Shown here: positions 9,614-16,678 of the stretch, piece after piece
Numbering within the stretch: position 1 is the first letter of the stretch
How the letters are laid out: each line of letters opens with the position of its first letter
NCBI GenBank assembly: GCA_003605065.1
Contig: QZJM01000020.1
Span: 19,562-83,561 of the forward strand
Origin: Dethiobacter sp.
Lineage (GTDB): Bacteria > Bacillota > Dethiobacteria > DTU022 > UBA8154
Reading direction: 5' to 3'
Length of the DNA: 64,000 nucleotides
Notes under the pieces: generated by a model
The model's database searches: none
What the model was told of the DNA's origin: nothing
What the model saw: only the letters and a program-made list of their open reading frames with translations
Program-made: the position numbers and the translations under genes

Positions 9614-10375
9614 ATGACAGGCCCGGCGGTTATTGAAACCCGCGACCTTAATGTCTACCTGGAAGAGCATCACATCCTGGAGAATATCAATATCAGCATC
9701 GCCTCCGGCGAAATGGCCGGCATTATCGGCCCCAACGGTGCGGGGAAGACAACCCTGATGCGCGTTCTTTTAGGGCTGGTCCGGGCCACTGCGGGACAGG
9801 TTAAAATTTTCGGCCGCACCCCGGAAATGCTGGGCGGCATGCGGGATGAAATCGGCTATATACCGCAGCGGCCTGTTTTTCACCGGCATTTTCCTGTTTC
9901 CACGCTGGATGTGGTTTTGATGGGCATGGTTACCCCTACTTCCCTGGGCAGACCCTTTTCCCGCCTGCAGCGGGAGAAGGCCCGTGACAGCCTGGAAATG
10001 GTGGGGCTGTGGGATCTGGAGGCCAAACCTTTTACGGAACTTTCCGGCGGGCAGCAGCAGCGTGCCTTCCTGGCCAGGGCGCTCTGCAGGGAACCCCGCC
10101 TGCTCTTGCTGGATGAACCCAACGCCGGACTGGATCTCCCGGCCCAGAGCCGCTTTTTTACCCTTTTGGGGGAACTCCAGCAGAGCCATAACCTCACCGT
10201 GGTAATGGTATCCCACGATTTAACTTTAATTGCCCGTTATGCCCACAAGCTGATCTGTATTAACCGCACCATGCACGTGCACGGAAGCCCGGCCGAGGTG
10301 CTCAACAGCCCTCACCTGGAAAAGGCCTACCGCTGCGAATTCGATGTCCTCTTCGGAAGCCGGGAAAGGGGGTAA
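9614..10375 (+). CDS. metal (Zn/Mn-type) ABC transporter ATP-binding protein
   Basis: Walker A GPNGAGKTT, signature LSGGQQQR and Walker B LLLLDEP. Resembles the ZnuC/TroB family. Confidence 0.85.
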   Translation: MTGPAVIETRDLNVYLEEHHILENINISIASGEMAGIIGPNGAGKTTLMRVLLGLVRATAGQVKIFGRTPEMLGGMRDEIGYIPQRPVFHRHFPVSTLDVVLMGMVTPTSLGRPFSRLQREKARDSLEMVGLWDLEAKPFTELSGGQQQRAFLARALCREPRLLLLDEPNAGLDLPAQSRFFTLLGELQQSHNLTVVMVSHDLTLIARYAHKLICINRTMHVHGSPAEVLNSPHLEKAYRCEFDVLFGSRERG

Positions 10376-10379
10376 TACT

Positions 10380-11264
10380 GTGGAGATGCTGGCGTATAGT
10401 TTTATGCAGAGAGCCTTCCTGGCGGTCCTGATGGTAGGGCTGCTCTGCTCCGTCCTCTCCTTTTTTGTGGTCTTAAACAAGCTTTCCTTCATGGGCGCCG
10501 GTATTTCCCATGCCGTTCTCGGCGGTCTGGCCATCGGAGTTTTACTGGGAGTAAACCCCCTGTATACCGGCGGGGCCTTTGCTGTTTTGATCGCCCTGCT
10601 GGTCGGCTATATCAGTAAGCACAGCAAGATTGGGACAGATACCGTTACCGGTATCTTTTTTGTAACCGGCATGGCCCTGGGGATCACTTTAATCAGCTTT
10701 AAAGAGGGCTATTATCCTGAACTCTTCAGCCTGCTTTTCGGCAATGTCCTGGCTGTGAGCGCAGCGGACCTCCGTTTCCTGGGTGTCGTCATGGCTCTGG
10801 TGCTCCTCTTTATCTTCCTCTTCTTCAAAGAACTTTTAACAATCTCCTTCGACGAGGAACTGGCCCGCGCCAGCGGCCTGCCTGTAACACCTCTGTATTT
10901 GGGCCTGCTGGTTTCCGTAGCCCTCACCGTGGTAATCTCCGTGCTGGTAGTCGGAGTGAACCTGGCCGCCGCACTCCTCGTTATACCCGCCGCGACCGGC
11001 TTCAAGCTGAGCAGGAACTACCGCGTCATGCTGCTCCTGGCAGTTGCCGTGGGCCTTATAAGCGGCCTGGGCGGCCTGGTCATTTCCTACAATTTTAACA
11101 CCCCTTCCGGTGCAGCCATTGTCCTCTGTGCCGCCGCCATCTTCTTCCTGTCTCTTCTGCGGAGCACTGCCGTCAGAATATGCTCCGCTCTGTTCTCTGC
11201 AAAAAAGACTGCGGACGCTTTCCCGGCAGCGAAGGAAAAAGTAAAAAAGCCGGGCAGGCAATAG
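10380..11264 (+). CDS. metal ABC transporter permease (ZnuB/TroC-like)
   Basis: Polytopic membrane protein of the ABC-3 family. Its start (GTG 10380 or ATG 10386) lies just after the ATPase stop. No substrate-binding protein gene is adjacent. Confidence 0.8.
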   Translation: MEMLAYSFMQRAFLAVLMVGLLCSVLSFFVVLNKLSFMGAGISHAVLGGLAIGVLLGVNPLYTGGAFAVLIALLVGYISKHSKIGTDTVTGIFFVTGMALGITLISFKEGYYPELFSLLFGNVLAVSAADLRFLGVVMALVLLFIFLFFKELLTISFDEELARASGLPVTPLYLGLLVSVALTVVISVLVVGVNLAAALLVIPAATGFKLSRNYRVMLLLAVAVGLISGLGGLVISYNFNTPSGAAIVLCAAAIFFLSLLRSTAVRICSALFSAKKTADAFPAAKEKVKKPGRQ

Positions 11265-11571
11265 TAAACTTCAATTACCCCAATATAAATCACATATTAA
11301 CATAAGTTAACAGTAGAAAGCAGCTTTTTTTCAACAGTACCAATATGTGCATTTTTAGCTAAAATAAGCCAAATTATTTTAAAAACAGGAAGGAATTAGC
11401 ATAAAAAAGTAGAATTGAAGAGTACATATAATAAACATATAAAGGAAAAATTTTCCAGTAATAAGTGTTAGCTAAAAACCCTGGTCTCAACATAGTACAA
11501 TTTATATTTAAAAGGGTTTACTTTTTTTTCAAAAAGAGCAGCAGTTTAAAGTAAGAAAAGGAAGGGAGGCA

Positions 11572-13281
11572 ATGGTTACTTTGCGTGTTGTATATACTTC
11601 TTTGAAAAAGCAGCTATCCTGGGAAGACCTGGACCTTGTCTCGCTGCTCAATTACTTTCGCTACTGCTCTTTGCTTGTTACTTCTTTTTTCTACTTTATG
11701 GGGCCTCCGTTTGTTCCTTTTTACCTTAAGGCAGGGGCATCTTTCTGCCTGTTCCTGGAGGCCTTCGTTTTTATCAGGGTCTACAAAGAAAATGAAGGTA
11801 GGTGGGTTAGAAAACTTTTAATCTTCATGGAAACCATTGGCCTGGCCTTTATCCTGATTCTTACGGGAGGGCTGGACAGTCCTTTCCTCTGGTACGCCAT
11901 CAACCCTATCCTTCTCGCTGTTACACTATTACCGGTATATTTCTGCTGGGCCATGGTCGCTGTCTTTCTCTCCTGTGCCCTTTTTTTGCAGAGGTTTACT
12001 CTTTACGGACCGGAAAATGCCCTGCCGCTGTGGCCCAATCGCTCCATATTCTTCCTGATTTTTTTTCTCAGTACTTTTGCGGCCCAGATATTTAACTATC
12101 TTATCCGCAGGCTTTCCCGGCAGGCCAAAATCATGGAAAAACAGCTTAATCATATCAAGTCTCTTTACGAAGCCATCGAGGTTTTTTCTCATCACAACGA
12201 TCCCCAGGAAGTTGCCAACCTTTTCGCTTCCTACAGTAGGACCCTGACCGGGGCCAACAAGGTAATTGTCTGGGTGGAAGGGCAGTTTGGTGCCAATGAC
12301 CCGCTGAAGAAAAATTTTTACTCAGTACGGGGCCCCATGGAGGTCCTCTCCGAGGACAGCTGGTACCCCTATATCAAGCGTATGTTTGAAGAGAGGAAAA
12401 CCGGCCAGGAAATAGATATTCACAGGCTTCCCTCGGGTTCGCACCAGGGCCTGGGGACTCTTATCACCGTAAAAGTTAAATCCAGTTCCAATATCTTCGG
12501 TGTGCTTTCTGCCTATTACCTGAACAACCGGGAAAACATGGACGAAGTAAAAAACACCCTTACATTTTTGGCAGATCTCTGCGCCGGGGCCCTGGAAAAA
12601 CGTTTCCTGGAATCCCTGGCTGAGGAGTTTTTGCTGGTAGAAGAAAAGGATCGTATCGCCGGCGAGATTCACGACAGCGTAACCCAGAATATTTTCGGGC
12701 TGGTTTACGGGTTGGATATGCTGATCAAAAAAGAGACTCTTGATGAAGCCGTGCGTATGCAGCTCAAGCTCCTGCAGAAAACGGCCCAGAGAAGCCTTAG
12801 GGATCTGAGGCTGTCTATTTACTGCATGAGCACTCTTAAAAGCAAGACGGAGCCCTTCGTGGAAGAGGTAAAAAAATACCTCACCGACCTCGGGCAGCTT
12901 AACAATGTAGACGTAAAATTTAGCTGTAACGACGGTTTCGGACCTGTTAACTCCCTGACGAGAAAATCTCTTTACCGCATCATAAGAGAGGCCACCGGAA
13001 ACGCTATTCGTCACGGCGGGTGCGACAGTATCCAGGTTTTTTTAAAGTCACACGGGAACAAGCTTAAACTTACTGTCGCCGATAATGGCTGTGGTTTTGA
13101 ACCCACCGCCGTGGAACAAAAGGGAAAGTTTGGACTGGGCCTTGTTAACATGAAGGAACTGGCCAGAAACATAGGAGGAGAACTAACCATCGAGAGTGTG
13201 CCGGGGAAGGGAACGGTAATTTCCTGTGAAATTCCCCAGGGTCAGGAAAGAAAAGTTTCTAGCGGAGAAAGGAGGGGTTGA
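11572..13281 (+). CDS. sensor histidine kinase of the NarL/DegS-type class (membrane domain, GAF-like domain, HisKA_3, HATPase)
   Basis: 5-6 N-terminal TM segments, an H-box EEKDRIAGEIHDSVTQ and HATPase motifs NAIRHGG...DNGCGF...GLGL. Confidence 0.85.
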   Translation: MVTLRVVYTSLKKQLSWEDLDLVSLLNYFRYCSLLVTSFFYFMGPPFVPFYLKAGASFCLFLEAFVFIRVYKENEGRWVRKLLIFMETIGLAFILILTGGLDSPFLWYAINPILLAVTLLPVYFCWAMVAVFLSCALFLQRFTLYGPENALPLWPNRSIFFLIFFLSTFAAQIFNYLIRRLSRQAKIMEKQLNHIKSLYEAIEVFSHHNDPQEVANLFASYSRTLTGANKVIVWVEGQFGANDPLKKNFYSVRGPMEVLSEDSWYPYIKRMFEERKTGQEIDIHRLPSGSHQGLGTLITVKVKSSSNIFGVLSAYYLNNRENMDEVKNTLTFLADLCAGALEKRFLESLAEEFLLVEEKDRIAGEIHDSVTQNIFGLVYGLDMLIKKETLDEAVRMQLKLLQKTAQRSLRDLRLSIYCMSTLKSKTEPFVEEVKKYLTDLGQLNNVDVKFSCNDGFGPVNSLTRKSLYRIIREATGNAIRHGGCDSIQVFLKSHGNKLKLTVADNGCGFEPTAVEQKGKFGLGLVNMKELARNIGGELTIESVPGKGTVISCEIPQGQERKVSSGERRG

Positions 13282-13285
13282 TTGT

Positions 13286-13921
13286 ATGAGGATCGTTATT
13301 ATTGATGATCACCCCGTGGTACGCCAGGGCGTGCAGCAGACCCTGAGCCTGGAAAAGGAAATGGAAGTTGTAGGCACAGCCAGTTCCTGTCCGGATGGAG
13401 TGGAGCTGATCAACGCCCAGAAACCAGATATGGCCATCGTGGATATGAAAATGCCCGGCGGGGGCGGACTGGAGCTGATCCGCCAGGCCAGGAAACTGGT
13501 ACCACAGTGCCGTTTTATTATCCTCTCCTCTTACGCTTCCCACCGGGAAGTCTCAGAGGCCGTTTCTGAAAATGTGGAGGGCTATATCCTCAAGGAAGCC
13601 CTGCCGGAGGAACTTATTGCCGCTGTCAGGCTCGTGGCCAGGGGCCGCCGTTATTATGATCCGGAGATCATGGACAGCATTGTGAGCAAAGAAGAGAAGG
13701 ATCCCCTTAAAGATCTTACCGGCAGGGAACTGGAGATCCTCCAGGCCCTGGCTGAGGGGCTGAACAACAGGGCCATAGCGGAAAAGCTCTATATCAGTGA
13801 GAACACGGTCAAAAAGCATATCTGTAACCTTCTTGATAAGATGGAGTTTAATGACCGCACCCAGGCGGCCCTTTATGCTTTTTCCCGGGGGCTGAGCAAG
13901 GAACAGGGTATTTCTGAATAA
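13286..13921 (+). CDS. LuxR/NarL-family response regulator (DegU-like)
   Basis: REC domain (MRIVIIDDHP...IVDMKMPGG) plus a C-terminal HTH (LTGRELEILQALAEGLNNRAIAEKLYISENTVKKH). AGGAGGGG RBS. Confidence 0.9.
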   Translation: MRIVIIDDHPVVRQGVQQTLSLEKEMEVVGTASSCPDGVELINAQKPDMAIVDMKMPGGGGLELIRQARKLVPQCRFIILSSYASHREVSEAVSENVEGYILKEALPEELIAAVRLVARGRRYYDPEIMDSIVSKEEKDPLKDLTGRELEILQALAEGLNNRAIAEKLYISENTVKKHICNLLDKMEFNDRTQAALYAFSRGLSKEQGISE

Positions 13922-13991
13922 GCCGGCAGGCCGCCCGGCCCGGCTAAATCATTAGAGACTTGATAAAGAGAAAATATATCGGCTCTTTAAA

Positions 13992-14021
13992 AACACCAGG
14001 CAGCTGAATGGTGTTTTTTTT
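13992..14021 (+). terminator. rho-independent terminator after the two-component operon
   Basis: AACACCA...TGGTGTT stem with a 10-nt loop, followed by TTTTTTTT. Confidence 0.7.
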
Positions 14022-14281
14022 ATCTGTTAGGCCGCATTTTTACCATAATATATTTTGTAATTCATAACTTTTTCTTCATATAAAAGTGTGGTCTTAAGCG
14101 TAGAAATATTGTTGAAAAAAGAATTTTTTTATTCCGTACTACTTTGGGATTATTTATAAATCATCATTTCTGCCCATAAAAATTAGTTTTAAGCGTAATG
14201 TCTTTTTTGGCGTAACAGTTTAAAATCATAGTAGAAACCAGGATGGTTTTTTAAGAGACTATTAATGCACAAACCGCGATT

Positions 14282-14710
14282 ATGCACATGCAGGCTAATA
14301 GCGTAGCGGCTATTCTTGACCCCGGCGAAAATATTATCGTAGGGGTGGAGGGAACGATAGGTAACATTTCCTTTAGCGGGACCGGCTGCATTAATGTACT
14401 GGGGGAAGAGCAGCAAAAATCGGAAAAAGAAACACCAGGAGAGGAAGAAGAATTGGAAGAAGAGGAAGAGACCGGGGACAGCCTGGTTATGCTCTCCGGT
14501 AAGCTTGCCGGTGAAGTTCCTGACGATAACGGAACAGGCGGGGATCTTGAAACTGGCGACGGAGATAGCGGAAAAAACGAGGTGCTCAATACCGGTTCCG
14601 GCGAAGTTTCCGGAAAAGATGATAAGAGCATCTGGCTGGAGCAGTCCTCGGCACTATTAGAAGGTTTACCGGTACTAATCGATAACAGCAATGACGGTCT
14701 CACGGACTGA
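14282..14710 (+). CDS. acidic repeat protein. The ORF is interrupted by an in-frame TGA at 14708-14710, and the same frame continues with a conserved motif up to the TGA at 14801.
   Basis: Gly/Glu/Asp-rich. Contains copies of an LSG-LPV-ID-NG motif that also occurs in the SipW C-terminal tail. The alternative basic frame was rejected. The start codon is uncertain. Confidence 0.4.
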   Translation: MHMQANSVAAILDPGENIIVGVEGTIGNISFSGTGCINVLGEEQQKSEKETPGEEEELEEEEETGDSLVMLSGKLAGEVPDDNGTGGDLETGDGDSGKNEVLNTGSGEVSGKDDKSIWLEQSSALLEGLPVLIDNSNDGLTD

Positions 14711-14799
14711 GAAGAAAAGGCTTTCGAACTGCTGCAGGGTTGGCCTGTGATCATTGAGGATGACGCCGGTGATTTTAGGGCAGTAAGGTGGGGGATACG

Positions 14800-16098
14800 A
14801 TGAACGATAAGCTGGGAAAAAATAAAAATCAAAAAAAGGAACAAAAAAGACCGGGGGCCCTGGTCCGCATGTTCGGAGTTTTGGGCAATATAATTTTTGT
14901 TTTAATGCTTCTGGTAATGTCGGCGCTGGTATTTTTTCTGGTACAGAGCAAGATCGCGGGAAACCCCCCCGGCGTGGCGGGTTACCAGATGCTCATAGTT
15001 ATCAGCGGCAGCATGAACCCCACCTTCGATACGGGGAGCGTGGTATTTGTGCGACCAATGGACCCAAAAAACCTTGCTGCCGGGGATATTATTACTTTTA
15101 AGGGTTCCGGGGGAAGCGACAAATTAACAACCCACCGGATAGTGGACGTGCATACGGAAGACGGCCTTGGTTTTACCACCCGCGGGGATGCCAACAATGT
15201 CAATGACCCGAACATAGTTCCGGCCCGAAACGTAGTCGGGAAAGTGGTCCTGGCCATACCTTATGCCGGCTACCTGTTCAATTATGTGCAGACCAAAGAA
15301 GGTTATATAGCTTTAATCCTGATACCCGGAGTGCTGATCATTTTTACGGAGCTGTACAAGCTCCTTAAATATGCCAGGCAGGTTGACAAAAAAGAAAGCA
15401 CCGGAAAGAAGGACAAAAGACTGGCTTCCGGAAAGCATCCAGAGGAGGCGGCAGCTGAAATAGAAAATGAAGAGGACGAAGCTGCCCTGCCCGGCGGGGA
15501 AGAACCGGCATTTGTTCCCTATTACGCTCATAAAGCAGGGTTTACGGCAGGTAATTATGAGAATGCTGACTACCCGGTCAGCCAGGTCCGTGACAGGCGT
15601 GAGAATGAAGTTAAAGAGGTGCTGGAGAAAGAAAAAATAATAGCTGCTGTGAAAAAAACTGCCGCAGTGGATGAATTAGCTTTTCTAAATAAAGCTGCGG
15701 TTGTGGATAAAACTGCCGTAGCAAATGAAGCTGCCGCTGTGGATGAAATAGCCGCTGTAGATAAAACTGACATCATAAAAGAAGCTGTCATTCTAAAAGA
15801 AACTGCCGTCGTAAATGAAGCTGTCGTCATAGATGAAATAACTGTTCTAGATAAGATAGCCGCTCTCCCCGCCCAGAGCAGCGAATTCACCCCCGTGACC
15901 AGCCGTAAGCCTTACCACGGCGGGAATGAAGAAGCCAGGGAAAAAATTTGGAGAGAGCGGGCTTTTGCCATCTTGAGCGGTCTGCCCGTGGTTGTGGATG
16001 AAAATGGAGAAGAAAGGGTCTGGAAAGAGCGTGCCTTCGCCATGCTGAGCGGTTTGGCCGTGGTTATTGATGATTCCGGGAAAGAAGAGGTTAGCTAG
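14800..16098 (+). CDS. sipW: SipW-type signal peptidase I (S26B, archaeal/ER-type) with a roughly 240-aa C-terminal repeat-rich extension
   Basis: N-terminal TM segment, catalytic box VISGSMNPTFDTGSVVFV and a second TM (GYIALILIPGVLIIF). AAGGTGGGGG RBS. The extension contains Ala/Val/Asp-rich tandem repeats and two WxERAFAxLSGLPVVxD motifs. Confidence 0.8.
   Translation: MNDKLGKNKNQKKEQKRPGALVRMFGVLGNIIFVLMLLVMSALVFFLVQSKIAGNPPGVAGYQMLIVISGSMNPTFDTGSVVFVRPMDPKNLAAGDIITFKGSGGSDKLTTHRIVDVHTEDGLGFTTRGDANNVNDPNIVPARNVVGKVVLAIPYAGYLFNYVQTKEGYIALILIPGVLIIFTELYKLLKYARQVDKKESTGKKDKRLASGKHPEEAAAEIENEEDEAALPGGEEPAFVPYYAHKAGFTAGNYENADYPVSQVRDRRENEVKEVLEKEKIIAAVKKTAAVDELAFLNKAAVVDKTAVANEAAAVDEIAAVDKTDIIKEAVILKETAVVNEAVVIDEITVLDKIAALPAQSSEFTPVTSRKPYHGGNEEAREKIWRERAFAILSGLPVVVDENGEERVWKERAFAMLSGLAVVIDDSGKEEVS
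15640..15860 (+). repeat. in-frame tandem nucleotide repeats (about 30-60 bp units) encoding an AAVDE/AVVNE-type low-complexity segment inside sipW
   Basis: Seen in the sequence: units such as aaaactgccg-agt-gatgaa-tagc recur about six times. Confidence 0.6.
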
Positions 16099-16102
16099 CC
16101 CT

Positions 16103-16360
16103 ATGACCCAAAGAATCATGGTAAGTATAACAATCCTTACGCTTATGGCGGTGCTGATCGGCGGCGCCACCATGGCCTGGTTTACAGCCCAGGCGGAAAT
16201 AACCGATAACGTATTCCAGGCCGGGACACTGACCATTGACGCACAAGAAACGTGGGCATACGAAAGCGGGCCGTTGACTAACTGGAACCCCGTTTTCAAC
16301 GGGACAAGCAATAAAAACCTCAAAATTGGGGCAGGACTGCTGCAGGGTATGCCGGAATAG
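16103..16360 (+). CDS. short TasA/camelysin-family secreted protein with a SipW-cognate signal peptide
   Basis: Its signal peptide ends in GGATMAWFTAQAEITDNVFQAGTLTID, the SipW-cognate class. It lies immediately downstream of sipW. It is only about 86 aa, against about 260 aa for TasA. Confidence 0.6.
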   Translation: MTQRIMVSITILTLMAVLIGGATMAWFTAQAEITDNVFQAGTLTIDAQETWAYESGPLTNWNPVFNGTSNKNLKIGAGLLQGMPE

Positions 16361-16678
16361 GTGATATCGGCAATGCACCTGTATTTATGGAAACAAGGGA
16401 CATTAAAGGGTTTTTTTAAGGAAATACATTGAAAATTGTAAAAATCTGCAGGAATTTACATTACTTTCATCGAACTAAAGCATCAGAAAACGGTGGAAGA
16501 GAATGACGAGCTTTAGAGTTGCAGGGGCAAATAGGTTTTAATCTAAGGATCCCGGCCGGTGTTACCGGGACGACCGGAACCTGGTACAGCATGCCTTCTA
16601 CCGAACGTCAAAAAACCCTTTTTATTTCTTATAGAGCACCTGTTATTTAAAAAAATTAAAGCGGGCGGTGTAAAAAAA

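Noticed and set aside
14394-14660. Basic 88-aa ORF (K/R-rich) in the alternative frame of the acidic repeat ORF.
   Set aside because: This is a frame artefact of GA-rich DNA. The acidic frame carries the motif shared with the SipW tail. The basic frame shows no conservation signal.
14708-14746. Selenocysteine insertion at the in-frame TGA (a hairpin with GU in its loop lies downstream).
   Set aside because: The aligned repeat copies have Trp (TGG) at this position. The hairpin is short (4 bp) and sits further from the UGA than bacterial SECIS elements do. A nonsense mutation, a sequencing error or Trp read-through are more economical explanations.
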